Shown here: positions 1 to 14,124 of the stretch, one piece after another
How the letters are laid out: the number at the start of each line of letters is the position of its first letter
Position numbering within the stretch: the stretch's first letter is position 1
Assembly: GCF_009914755.1 (NCBI RefSeq)
Contig: NC_060927.1
Length of the DNA stretch: 64,000 nt
From: the human T2T-CHM13v2.0 reference genome, Homo sapiens
Direction: 5' to 3' (one strand)
Position numbers and translations under genes: made by a program
The notes under the pieces: model-generated
Databases searched by the model: none
Seen by the model: only the letters and a program-made list of their open reading frames with translations
Told to the model about the DNA's origin: nothing

Positions 1-610
1 TATCTTGGTATAAACCTACAAATTGTTCAGTAATATTGGTAACTCTCCATTTAATATTTTGATAAACTGCCAAAATGCTTTCCAAAGTGGCTATAGCATT
101 TTCTATTCTCACTAGCAATGTTTCAGTGTTCCAGATTCTCTCAAATCCTTGCCATTTTTTTCTCACATCCTTGCCAACACTTATTATCATCTGCCATTTG
201 GATTATACCCGTTCTGGTGAGTGTGTAGTGGTATATAATTGTGGTTTTGATTTGCATTTCTTTAATGACTAATCATATTCATCTTCTCATGTCCTAATTG
301 AACTTTTTTTTTAGAGAAATGTCTATTCAAACTCTTGGTCCATTTTTGGACAAAGAGTTTGTCTTCTTATTGACTTAACAAGTGTTTATATACTCTATTT
401 TGTTTGTCTTCTTATTATAGACTTATAAGTGTCTATATAGTCTAGATACAAATGCCTTATCAGATACGTAATTTGCAAACATTTTCTCCCAGTTTGGTTA
501 CTGTAACCCTGTTATGTATTTAAAGTTGAGTGGCATGAAGCCTCCTTCTTCCTTCTTTTTTGCTTAGGATTGCCTTAGCTATTCAGGCTTTTTTTGTTAT
601 TGTTCCATGT
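1..610 (-). mobile_element. Old L1 (L1M-type) fragments, 3' region and an ORF2 piece
   Basis: Antisense L1 motifs aactgccaaaatgctttccaaagtggct, tttgatttgcatttctttaatgactaat, ttttttgcttaggattgccttagctattcaggct. Confidence 0.8.
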
Positions 611-3480
611 TGTTACTCCTTAAAGCAAACTACATAATCAGTCAAATTATTGGTTTATGAGTACAAAATTGGGTTGTATATATTTTAAAAATAAGACTAA
701 GTTTATAATATTTTAAGAGTAATTATGATTATTTAGGATTACACTTTCTTATTCCAGTTTTGACATAATTTTGCATAGATTTATTCTATTTTCTGCATAT
801 ATTGGTTTCTATTCTTCTGTTCCCATGAAGGGAACACAATTACGTTATTATTTTTACAGTGGCACAGTAGGGGGTATTATCTGCCATGCCTTTTCTATCT
901 TTCAGTACCCTTGAGTAGATACAAAACTAACAAAGCCAAAATACTACGCTGTATTTTTCACAGCGTAGTAGTTTTCCTCATTCTCAATTGAAAAAAGTCT
1001 CTGTTCTGTTGCAAGTTATAAGGCGGATTCTTTTAAGCTGCATCTAAATGTGGGAAGTCTTTGGGTAAGAATCAAAGTCATTATGTTGATGAAGTTAATC
1101 ACTTTAAAGTCACTTAGTTTCAAGAGTAAATAGCATTAGATCAAAATTGCATGACAGCAGACTGGGAGTTCTTCCAGGAGGGGGACGTTGTCTATTCATC
1201 TCTGTACCCCAAGAAGCTATCATTACTAGTTTGCACATCTATCCCCGTCATGGGCTGTAACTTCTGTGAGGCTACAGCCAATTTCTTTCATTTCTGTTTT
1301 TTTCAGAGCAGAGTGTCTATTATGAAGTACTCTTTTTAATAACTGTTTGTTGAATGATCAAATCAGTTGTTTTCATACATTTTACACTTTTTTTAATAGA
1401 AGAAAGAATTCAGTTAATATCACGGCATATTGTTCTCTATGACTTTGTAGTTGCACATGACATAAGTATGCATTTGAAAGAGATAAATTAAGTGAAATAA
1501 AGTCAGACTGGGGTGTGTCCAGTGGTCAAATAATTTGTGTAACTCTTTTATTGATGTAATATTTTTGATTTACTAAATGCATGTGTTATTTAAATTATCA
1601 AAATGTTAGCATTTGCTTTACAGAAGTGTTGGGGTTGAAGGGAGAAATAATTCCCCACCATGTGATTAGGTTTTGGGCCAGCTGAGGAAGTTTCCCAGTG
1701 GTTGGCAGGATTAATGACCAAAGGCACAAGACATAACTACTGTAGAGACCATTCGCTGTCCCCCTTCTCACCAGGCTAAACTTGAAACAATAGTTAGCAA
1801 CAACTGCTTTCTAAAATGGCTGCTTTTAGAATGAGTGTGGGCAAAAATGATAAGAAACCTGCTGTTCCACAAAGAAAAATAGCAATAAGTCACTTACCGA
1901 AAAATGATTATTCTAGCTTTACTTTTTGTCTTTGTTTTGTTCAAGGACAAAAAGAATTACATACTCTTTGCCCATTAAGCATTTTTCCACAGAGATTGAA
2001 AAGAGTGCTTCGACAAACTAGAATTTCAGAAGTCTGCTAAAACCAGATCAGACCCTTAGCAGCTAAACCCATCAAAGAAAATTCACTTTGAATTTTTGCT
2101 TTATATTGAGTTGTTATGTTGTTTTGTTTTGAAAATGGAAAAGGTAAATATGAAGCATCACACTTAAACAGTTTAACTAGAATGCTGATTTTAGGGCCAC
2201 ATATAAGCCGTCTTCTTTTTTAGCCTGTTGCTTCCTTAACAATTATGTTTTATCATTGTGCATCTCTAAAGCCAGCAAAATGCTTTCACTTATATCAGTC
2301 ACTTGATTGTTTCTGTGCCCTTGAGATATGGGTATTATGTGAGCAAATTAAGTAAACTGAGGTTCAGAAAGTTTAAGAGGTTGAAGCCTAATTCAAATTG
2401 AGACCTATGGCTGGAAGCCTGAAGTTCTCGTAATCATTTTATTTTTCCTTAAGACAACTCTTTTTTTATTCATGTTTCAGAAAATACTATTTTAAAAAAA
2501 TATATAAACCCATGAATCTGTGGTCAGACTCTGATTGTAATCAACTCTAAAAGAAAATCCTCTTTCTTAGAATGTTAATAAAACTCGTAACAAACATATG
2601 GCCTAACTTGAAAATGACCACCTGTCAAAATGAGCTCCAAAATTTAGTGAGGTAGAACACACATCCAGTAAAAATCTCACCTATTTTTTTTAAAGTAAAT
2701 GTTCAGTGTTTTCATTTCTGCTTCCACCTGTAACAACAAATTTCGTCCTGAAAAAAAAAAATGCATTGCCACTGCACACAATCAAGTTAAACTATTTAAT
2801 TATTAAGCCCCATACGATATACTGGCCGATGATAGTGTACACTGAAGTGTGCAAGTGTGCAAAACAATGTTTTGTGGTAAACATTAGCTTCATAAAGTCC
2901 CTAAAACACTTAATTAATGAAAACCAAACATGGATAAAACCAATTTACCCTGATTTACAGACTCCCTTCATCTGGAAACAGCTGCTTAATGTTCTTCTTA
3001 AAAACACAGCTTGCTTCTTTCAGTATTAACAAGCTATTATTGTGAGTTATGTCTTTCTTTCAGTATATAAATTCACTTAAAGCAAATGCAGAGAAGTTTA
3101 TAAAATGCAAACTTAGTGTTGTTTTAACATATACTGCAAGGGTTTTTTTGAACACTGACAGTTTTGATGAAAGTCATCTCTCTTTGGCTCTCATAAATTT
3201 AACTTTTCGCCTCTTGGTTGCCTTATTTCATAGTGTCAGAAAAACTCCTGCTTTTCAAAGAATGTATCCAATGGTAGAAACATAAACTGGTAGCATGAAT
3301 GAGGACTTGCCGATCACCAGCTTCCATGTTACACCTGGGCTCACTTTTTTTTTTTACCTGACCTCATACAAGTGTAGCACTAATTTCAGAAAGTCTTTGA
3401 GGGTGAGAAAGCTTTCAGGTGGGTGAAGGAATTCATTCTTGTTGAGACTTATCTGGGAAACTGGAATTAGCCGTACATAG

Positions 3481-3482
<2 letters not shown>

Positions 3483-3514
<32 letters not shown>
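3483..3514. repeat. (AC)16 microsatellite
   Basis: Direct read. Confidence 0.97.
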
Positions 3515-3518
<4 letters not shown>

Positions 3519-4489
3519 TTAATTGAGGGAGTTTTCTCGTTTGGACATTCTAAGTATTTCCTTTTGTTCCACTGTATTTTTATTGAGGCTCTGCATTTTT
3601 AACTTTCTAAAGCCAATATTTTTAGCTAACATTCATTTGTTGCCCCCAATTAAAAATAAATAAAACAATACTGCAACTAAAGAAGGGATATTAGTAGTTA
3701 ATACATGAAAGAATACGTTTTGTTTATAAACTGCCGACAAATTTCAACATTTCAACAAAAGTTGAAACAAATTTCAAATGCTGAACAAATTTCAAATTTC
3801 TTGGATAAAGAAATTTGTTTAAAGCTGAAATTAATAACCGTCTCCATAATTCTCTTTTTTATTTCCTCTTTCTCTACAAACTTCCTGAAATGAGGTTATT
3901 CCATTTCTTTTCCATTAATCTTTACACTTTATTTGATAGTGAAGTATGTCAAATTTAAGCCTTGTTAGACTATAGCTATTAAACTATGATAAGGGATATT
4001 AGTTGGAACATGCTATCATAGTTTGTGTTTAAATCAAGTGTTTCTAAAAACATGACAAAGTATTAAAAGATGCTTAATTTTTAAAAATAATTTTTAAAAT
4101 CCATAGTTGTTTTCTCCCTGAAAATGAAACAACCATAAAACCCTGGTAAATATTTTAAAATAAATGTATACAGAGAAGAATATATTTCATTTTTTAATCT
4201 TGCATTTTTATATATTTCATTTTTAGGTGATTGTCAATAGCAAACAAAAACACTTTTTAAAAGTTCTATTTGGTATGAGTTTAATCTTAGATTATTATTT
4301 AAAATAGCTTCTTACTGTATCTTAAATAAATGAAGATATCAAAAAGTTGTCAAATTTTGTCAAGAATGGGACAATTGAAGAGTCAGAAGTTGGTAAATTA
4401 GTAAAAGTTTTTCATTTAATATTTGGTAATGGGCATAAACGTTCATATGCTTTTAAAACAAATGCTCTAGCTCTACAACTTTAATCTGT

Positions 4490-5270
4490 ATTATATGCTT
4501 TTTCCAGCCACAGGGACTTTATACATGATGTCCTCACATTTGTTTTCCTGGGTAAATCCTGCTCTTCTTGCCTATCTAAGCACTTACGAATTCTTCAGGG
4601 ATGCTTTGCCTCTGCTTCCCAACTCAGTCACCTTTCTCTCCACTATAGGCTTTCTTAGCTCTTGGCACCTCTCATTCTTAACATTTGTTTATGCTTTTTT
4701 TTTTATGATTGTAACTTGACCATGGTTCAGTCATTATTAGACCACTCCTACCTTCTACCTGGACTCCATCTTCTCACCTCAGCTCATGAGGGCAGGGGCT
4801 GACTCTATTTTCATTGTCCATTTTATCCCCAGAGCTCAGCAGAATTTCTGGCACCTATGAGTAGGAACCCAAAACATGTGTTTTGATTGAGTGATGATGT
4901 TAGTGAATAGACAAAGAATGAGAATGGAAATCCCTGACAAAGGGCATATTACATATAAAGCCACATAAAAGGGAATTGTTGGATGCAGAAAATGGGTAAG
5001 CAGAGGAGACATAAAGTTAGAGATACTGGCAGGTCTGGCCTTTGAGAGGCCCTTGTGCTAATCCAAGGCATCTTAATTAATTAGGTTGGTATCTTAGATA
5101 CTGTGAGGTATTTTAAACAGGAGAGAGAGTTCTCCCAATCTTCATTTTGGAAACAATCTTAGGAGCAATCTGAACTCTAAAAGGATAGAAGTTATTAGAA
5201 GCAGAGAGATTAGCTAGAAAGTCATGACATCACTCAGTTGATAGTTATGAGGACAGAAATGGGACAAATG
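4490..5270. mobile_element. Degenerate L2 fragments
   Basis: L2 3'-end-like gctcatgagggcaggggc...tatccccagagctcagcagaatttctggcac...gtagg. Confidence 0.55.
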
Positions 5271-5344
5271 AAAAGAGGACAAATTCATTGTGTTGTCTAA
5301 AATACTTTCCTTTAGTTTCAAATGCCCTTAACTATGTTTTTCAG

Positions 5345-5576
5345 GTTGATCGCCAACCCCAGTTTATCCAAGGCTACCGAGTGATGTATCGTCAGACTTC
5401 AGGTCTGCAGGCGACATCTTCGTGGCAGAATTTAGATGCCAAAGTCCCGACTGAACGAAGTGCTGTCTTAGTCAACCTGAAAAAGGGGGTGACTTATGAA
5501 ATTAAAGTACGGCCATATTTTAATGAGTTCCAAGGAATGGATAGTGAATCTAAAACGGTTCGTACTACTGAAGAAG
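5345..5576 (+). CDS. ROBO2: ROBO2 exon (232 nt), C-terminal part of fibronectin type III repeat 2: VDRQPQFIQGYRVMY...SKTVRTTEE
   Basis: Acceptor tgtttttcag|GTT, donor GAAG|gtcagt; FN3 signature (GYRVMY, LKKGVTYEIKVRPY); phase 0 to 1 matches the next exon. Confidence 0.97.
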
Positions 5577-7889
5577 GTCAGTATTCAGATTTCGAATATA
5601 AATCAAACATGATGAAACCAATTTCTGTTACAGTACCTATTTGTTATCTTCCTTAGAAGAATGGAAAGATATCACCTAAAAGTAAATTGAGGAAGTGTCG
5701 TTTTCTCCTTTTATTCTGAGAATTCTATAGAATCTGACAAGCAGAAAAAAGGACACTAATGTAATTTGAATTTTTCTTAAGTAACCATTTGCACCAAATC
5801 TTATGTTTAAGTTCACTTGAATTGGATTATTAAATATTCCCCTATATTTTGTGTAGATTTAGTTCATTTGGATCATGAAAGACAGACGACTGGAAATTTG
5901 AGAACACAGGCTGTTCATTGTGACTACTCTTCTTTTGTTATAGTTAAGTGTGACATTTTCTTTTATTAGCCACTTTTTCCTATGGGCACTGCCAGTCAAA
6001 CCCATGATTTCTAATCAGGAAGGGCACTTGCGTATTTGCAGTAGCTTTCTTCTTAGTGAAGTTCCCTCGTTCTCCCCACTTTGGACCTTTTCTTACCTAA
6101 AGGTATGTTAAAGTCAATCTGTGATGAACACAAGCTTTCCACCAGTTCATTTAGTAGTATCTCTTTCACTAAACAAGAGGCTTATAATAAATGTTGTCAT
6201 TAAAGTTAAAAAAAAGGAGATGCGAAATGAAATAAATCCCTCCATTCTGCTTTTGTATTAATTTTGTGCTCACAACTCTTGTAAAAAGCCCTTTCTTTAA
6301 ACATATTTCATACAAAATAAGAGAAGCCTTTAAAAAATGTATATAGGTTGCCCACGTTAACATCTATGTGCTTGACCAAAGAGCTCTTAAATTATACATT
6401 TCTTACACAACATGGCAAAAATGTCATCTTCCCATTGTTTTGCAGTGTGATACACTGGCAGGGGCAAAAATGCATATTCAAAAAGGCATCATTAATCTAT
6501 TTTTAGGATATGTTGAAAAGTTACCAGTAATTATAATAGTATCTTTTCTCCTTGCCAACATGTTTAAAAATAATAATCATTATCATCATATCTTTATTCA
6601 TCGTTAAATTTCACTCTGTGTTGCAAATTGGTAGTATTAATGAGTGGAGCAGGTAACCTTAACACAGAATGCTCTCTTTGAAGCCTGTTACCAAAATCAA
6701 TTTCACTGCAGTTAGACTTTTCCTCTGGATTAGACATTTGTCCCTGTTGGGTATACATTCATCTCCAATTTCTGTGGCTATGTGATGGTAACAAATGGAA
6801 CTCAGCTGGGCTGTGTCTGGGAATGATGAGCGGCGATTTGGGTTCTTTCACATCTGTAGAACGAAGCTGAGTCCTGGAATAATTGACCTGTCAGGAAGCA
6901 GGCACGGTGTTCTCGCCGAGCCAGCAGCAAGGTGAATGAGAAACCCATTCTGAAAGTCTTATTTTTCAATGCATTCTACTTAATAACTACAAGGCTCGTA
7001 GACAAGTGGTTGGATTTATTCATCATGCCATATTTTGGAGCAATATTGTCACAAAGAGGAATAGGAAAGACCAGTACTCTATTAACATGTTGCTGTGTGT
7101 GTCCTATATCTCAATGCAAATATGGCTATACCTAAGTGAAATATGTCATGACATATTTACAAAACATGGGATATCTGCTGTCAGGCTTTTAAAATATATT
7201 TTAGGATATTTAGGATAGTTTCAAAAAACTAAACCATGTAGAGCTATGTAAGCATTGATGATTCTACATAAAAAGCCATTAATACCACCAAATTATTTGA
7301 TATTTTAAACTGTTAAGAACGATGTTATGTAATACTATGATTTTAACTACCCCCACCTTTGATTTTAATTCAGAGAATCACTGAGAATAGATGAATTTTT
7401 CCACAAAGTTATTATTTCTTAGTTCTCAGGCACATTAAATGAGAGATGTGGCATTCTAAAATCAGGAAGAGCTTCTCTCTTGCCTTTTCTCAGTATGGTT
7501 GTAATTAGTTATAGGAGAAACTATAAAGGCAGAGAATTATTGTAGGAAATCAAAATCTTCCCATTTCACATTTGACCCAACATGAACTGTTTTCATTTTT
7601 ATCATCAGAGTCCCTTGCCCATCCATATAATATAAGTTTTCAATCTTAACTTGCGGGTCAATTTATAGCAGTCAATTATTTTTCCCAGTATGGGAAGAAA
7701 AAGAAGTTTTTTCTGTGTTGATGACATTTATAGTTATGTTTCTGTTTTTATTTAGTAAGCACAAGCTAAAAGCATACCAAAATAGCTATCAATAATGCCA
7801 CCGTTCAGAAATAACATGTGATAAATACTGGAATATGTCTTCTCAGAATAATTTTGGTTAGAAGAAGTTATGGTTGTTTTTAGAAAGAC

Positions 7890-8110
7890 AGTCTATTAGA
7901 GTAGAGTTCTAAAATCAGACATACACCGGCTCAAATTCTGACTTGCTCTTTGACTTTCCTAAGTCTCTTACAGTAACCTTCTGTTTCCTCATCTGTAAAA
8001 CCGAGATAAGAGTTGTTTCTACCTCCTGAGATTAATGCAAGCATTAAACCTGACACTTAGCTCTGTGCGGGGTGTATAGAAAACACTTATTAGAATGTTA
8101 GCTGTAAATT
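7890..8110 (+). mobile_element. MIR SINE
   Basis: MIR core ctgtttcctcatctgtaaaaccgagataag...tacctc. Confidence 0.75.
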
Positions 8111-8335
8111 TATTATTGAGAGCATATTACAAAAGCTGTTCCATTTGCTTTAAATCTAGATATTGTATTTAAAGAACATTTCTCAAAAAAACTGTCACTG
8201 TTGAACACCGTGTGCATTCAGAACTCCTGGAAGCCAGAGTCTCCTGCAACTTGTCTTTATACTCATATTCTGAAAGTAGCATGAACGCACACCAAGGCTT
8301 ATAGTTTGCATTTATTCTAATTACTTCCTCTACAG

Positions 8336-8460
8336 CCCCAAGTGCCCCACCACAGTCTGTCACTGTACTGACAGTTGGAAGCTACAATAGCACAAGTATT
8401 AGTGTTTCCTGGGATCCTCCTCCTCCAGATCACCAGAATGGAATTATCCAAGAATACAAG
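8336..8460 (+). CDS. ROBO2: ROBO2 exon (125 nt), start of FN3 repeat 3: (A)[41 protein letters not shown]
   Basis: Acceptor ttcctctacag|, donor AAG|gtagga; translated by hand (not in the ORF track); typical FN3 VSWDPP..NGII..Y; phase 1 to 0. Confidence 0.97.
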
Positions 8461-10792
8461 GTAGGACCCGGGTGAAGAAGGACAGCTCTCATGTAAAGGT
8501 TCCCAGAGAAATCTCAGTGTCTCACGAATGAGACACATCTCTAAAGGTTCTCTTATTCAGTTTAAGTGTAAAGTTTTTATTTATATTTCTGTGTGACAGA
8601 GAATGAAACAAATGCATAGGTATTAGAACCTGAGTTCAAGGTCAGAGATCACACAAACCCAGTTGAACAATTAAACCACACCAGTGAAATGGTTTTCTGT
8701 ATAGTGTGACTCTACAACCTCAAGGATTTAAAGAGATGGGACACAGGGTAGGTTGTGAAGCCTAGAAAATGGATTTTATCTTTGTTATTAGAATTCTGCA
8801 TAAGAGGCTTTAAGGCAGCTGTTTTTAAACCACGTTCTCAGAAAAAAAGATGCTTCGGGGGTTAAAGAGGTGGAGTGGGTTGTGGCAGCACCGACTCTCA
8901 CTCTAGATGCTACTTTTGTGTATTTATTGAGGTTGTGTAGAATATTTCACCTGAAAAAAAGCCACTGAACATATTTTACAAAATACTGACTTACAGAAAA
9001 AACAGTTGATTGTCTCATTTTTCAACTGATGAATTTTTGGCTGTTTAGAAACATATGTATCTATTGTTTCATTGCCATCATTTGGTGTGTAAAGTAGAAA
9101 GTATGTCTACGTTTTCAAAATAAGATTCTGTTTGTGTTGTGATTAGACCACATGTGAATGAAAAACCCCTCATTAATCTTTGTAAAATTCAAAACTATAA
9201 TTTATTAATAAATCATCTATTGATATCATTTATTAATAAATATTTCTAGATTTCTGAAAATAGCATATTCTATACATCTAATATAATACAAAACTAGACA
9301 CCCATTTCACCTACAAAATTCAGAGTTGGTATTTAATATTAAGCTGAATAAATTTACTCAAAAGTTTGCAGATTAAATTTTATTTCTAAGGAAATATTAA
9401 TTTTTACATACAATTTTATTAAAGAATAACTTGCTAAAGCAAATGAATGGACTAAATGTATAAGGCTTTATTTTAAAATGATTTCTATCATGTTGTAAAG
9501 ACACATGCTTAAGAAACATAAGAATAAATGCTTTTACAATACAATAATTATATAGATTCTAAGATTTTATAAGCATTAGGACATTGTTTTAACAGAGTAA
9601 CAAATTATCTACTCTGTGTGAGTTTGAGTGTGTGTGTGTGTTTTAATGAGGTTAGGAATTTATTTTTGTACCATTTGGCACTAAATATCCTAAATTTCCA
9701 TGTAGTTAAATATTGTTACTTTTTTTTACAACATGATGAATTTTTTTTCCATAAGTTGTAAATGTTCTCACTCTCTAGGCACTTGCCATATTTTGGTTTC
9801 AAAGCACATATGTAGGTAAGAGCTAAATATTCCTTCACTAAGAACACAGATACCATATATCAATAAAAGAAACACATGATTCACAAGAATTATTTTTTAC
9901 TGAAAAATTCTGGGAACTTACCTGCTCCGAAACAAATCATATGTTTTCCTACATATGTGTCTACATGTAGATTTTTAAATATTGTATAATATGAATACAA
10001 ATGTGGATACACAGTGGATTTCTTTTCATAACACATTTCATCAGAACAATTTCTATATCCAAGAAGATGCCCTAAAATTTGATTCCTACTTGAAATAAAA
10101 GCCTGACTTCCTTAACATCAATATCTAAAGACTTGCCACCACTTTGTTCTCATGAATGTGTATGTGTGTGTAGATATGTGTTGATCAATATTAGATTTAT
10201 TGCTGTCAACGTAAATATTGGCTTTAATTTCATTTTAGTCAATACCTATAACTTAGGTCAATTCATCTTGTTAACTACTTCTGTGTAAGTTAATATTTTC
10301 TTAAATGAAATATAAATTACTTAGATGTCTACCTATATACCTTAGATATTACAACTTATAATCACCATATTTTAGTGGATTATATGCATAATAAATCTTG
10401 ATAAATAAAACAGAGGAAATTATGTGTTTTAATCCATACAAAAATGCCATTTGCAACCAAAGACCACATACCAGAGGTGTTAAAGAAATCACTGTGCTTT
10501 CTAAATTACTCACTATGAGCATGCAGTGCTGAGAATAAGATATAAATGAACATGGCATAGTTTCAGCTTCCCTTATTGTTCTTCCTTTAATACAGGTGCA
10601 TGTGCACACAAACACACTTACATATACACTCAAACTGCAGAGGTTGGGCTTTAGAAGATGTCATTTGCAAAACTTCTATAAGCCTAGAAGATAGACAGGT
10701 TATGATTAAAAAATATTTGATCAGTTACAGTAGTCTCGTTACCAGAAACGATAATCTTATATCCATGTGTTATTCACTTTCCATTTCTGTAG

Positions 10793-10964
10793 ATCTGGTG
10801 TCTAGGAAATGAAACGCGATTCCATATCAACAAAACTGTGGATGCAGCCATTCGGTCCGTAATAATTGGTGGATTATTCCCAGGTATTCAATACCGGGTA
10901 GAGGTTGCAGCTAGTACCAGTGCAGGGGTTGGAGTAAAGAGTGAGCCACAGCCAATAATAATCG
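10793..10964 (+). CDS. ROBO2: ROBO2 exon (172 nt), end of FN3 repeat 3: [57 protein letters not shown]
   Basis: Acceptor catttctgtag|, donor ATCG|gtgagt; FN3 L.PG..Y.V.V.A...AG.G..S motif; phase 0 to 1. Confidence 0.97.
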
Positions 10965-13007
10965 GTGAGTATCAAACTATGTGGTCTGTGCTTTAGAATC
11001 AGTCAGCTGACAAGGTGGATGATGATTTTGCATCAACCTACTAATAGTGAATATACACTTATGAATGATAGGGTACACATATCATATTGACAAATGGGTT
11101 AACTGACTAGAGTTTTTTACAAAAATACTTGGTGCAATTGATCATGCTCTTAAAAGTCCCAGAGCCTTATTAAAATTGCAATATTTAAGAGTTTAAATGC
11201 TGAAAGGTAGTTTAAAATTACTTTTAATCAATTGCCTCATTAGCAATTTTGGTGCCATTGAAATATAATAAAAATGAGATAGTTACTGAAGAGAGACCAT
11301 CATGTTTCAAATCTGTATGCTTCCTCTTAGTCAGAGAAATGTCAAAAATTAACAAGAAACAGGTCAGAATAAGCTTTGTAATCTAAATATACCATCCCAA
11401 AGAAGAAATCATATTAAATCTAATATCATCATTGCATAAAATTGTTCCCTCTTATCATAGATTATGTTTGTCTGTTCTTGAGATGTATATAAATGGAATC
11501 ATACAGAATGTGATTTTTTAAATCTGGTTTCTTTCACTAAGGATAATGTTTTTGAAATTCATCCATGTATGTATTATTCAGTTTATATGTTTTACTGCTG
11601 AGCAGTATTCAATTGTATGAATATGCCATATTTTGTTTATCTGCTTTTCACCTGACAGAATGAATATTACTGTGTAAATGTTTGTGTCCTTTTGGAGAAA
11701 TACCTAGGGTCTAATGTCTGGGTAAAAGAGTTGTATAGTTTGAGTTTATGAGAAACTGCTAAACAATATTCAAATTGTTATATAATTTCGTACTCCCACC
11801 AGCAAGAAAAATGACTTCTAGTTGCCCTACATTGTCACCAACATTTGATGTTTCCAGTTTTTGTGATTTTAGCCATTCTAATTGGGATAACCTGTGATTT
11901 TAACTTAAATTTTCTTTTATGACTAATAATGTCAAGCAACTTTACATGTGCTTATTGGCCATTCACATAATTTCTTTTGTGAATTGACCACATGTTTGCC
12001 TTTTAAAAATTGGGTTGTCTCTTGTTACTGATTAGTAGGAGTTATTTGTACATTCTGGATACAAATTCTTTTCCATGTATATGTGTTACAAATATTTTCT
12101 CCCAGTCCATGACTTCCCTATTCATTTTCTTAATAGTGTCATTTGATGAACAAAAGTATTACATTTTAATGAAGTACAATTTATCATTTTTCTTTGATAT
12201 TTAGTGCTTCCTAAGAAATTGTGGCTTACCTCTAGATACTGAGGATATTTTCTTCTAGAAGCTTTATAATTTTAGCTTTTATGCGGAGGTCTATAATTCA
12301 TCTGATGGTAACTGCAATGTGGTTAAAGGAATGAGGCTTATTTATTTCCATATGTTTTTCTTTCATAGAGGTTATTTATAAGTGTATTATTTAATTTCCA
12401 AATGTTTAGGGACTTTTCCAGATATCTTTTTGTTTCTGATTTCTACTTTAATTCCCCTGAGGCCAGAGCCTCAGAATAATTTTTCTTTGTGTAAATTTAC
12501 TCTATTAAATATGGAGACTTATTTTTTGACACAGGATTTGATCTCATTGAATGTTTCTTGTACACTTGAAAAGTATTTGCATTTCTCTGTTTTTTCAGTG
12601 GAAGGTTTTATCTCAGGTCAAATTATTTGTTAGTATTATCAGGTCTTTATTGATTTCTATTTGCGCTCTTAATTACTAAAAACAGTCTGGAAATCTATTG
12701 TAATTATGGATTTATGTATTTCCCCCTTTCATCTATAAGTTTGTGTTTCATGTTTTGGCTACTTTGTTTTACATGAGTATGTTTTAAGATTATTATATCT
12801 TCTTTTTAAATTTACCCTTTATTATTATTAAATGGCTACGTTTATTTTCTGGTGAGATTCCCTATCCTAAAATTTACTTTGTCTGATATTAGCATAGCTA
12901 CATCATCTTTTGTAAGTAACTGCATGGATTGTCATTTTTTCATTCTTTCATTTTAACCCATGTTTCTCTGTATTTAATGTGCAGTTCTATTAAATTGCAT
13001 ATTGTTA

Positions 13008-13230
13008 GGTGATCTCTGCTCACTGCAAACTCTGTCTCCAAGGTTCAAGAGATTCTCCTGCCTCAGCCTCCTGAGTAGCTGGAACTACAGGCACATGCCA
13101 CCACACCCGGCTAACTTTTGTATCTTTGTAGAGACAGGGTTTCACCATGTTGGCCAGGCTGCTCTCGAATTCCTGGCCTCATGTGATCCTCACACCTTGG
13201 CCTCCCAGGCATGAGCCACCTCTCCTAGCC
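13008..13230 (-). mobile_element. Alu (S-type), lacking its 3' end and tail
   Basis: ctcactgcaa...ctcctgcctcagcctcctgagtagctgg...tttcaccatgttggccaggct. Confidence 0.93.
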
Positions 13231-13704
13231 AGTCTTGTTTTTTTTTAATCCAATCTAGCAATCTTTGCCTTTTTAATTGCATACTCAGAATGTTATTATT
13301 AATGTAATCATTGGTGTGTTTGTTTAGAATTACTATCTTGCTATTTGTTTGCTAACTTTGTTACTATCTTCCAAATTTCCTGCTTTCTTTTGATAAAATG
13401 AGAAAGGGTTAGTATTTTTTGGCTGCTCTTGGATTATTAGGTACACCTCATTTCTTTGCTGACAGTTGCTCTAGGATTTGACTATAAGTATCCTAGAGCA
13501 GTATAGTGTCACTCCTTTTCCTCTCATCTTTTTTTTGTTGTTGTTATTATTATACCTTTTACTTCTATGTAATAAACAGCAATATACAAATTATAGCTCT
13601 AGTGTTGTTTTTGCCTTAAACATCAGTTATCTTGCAAATAAATTCAAAATAAAAAGTGCAGTTCTCATATTTATCTGATATTCTGCTCCATAAATTCAGT
13701 CCCT

Positions 13705-14124
<420 letters not shown>

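Noticed and set aside
7114-7121. Octamer ATGCAAAT (also near 20337, 23980 and 51637)
   Set aside because: Isolated 8-mers at a frequency compatible with AT-rich background
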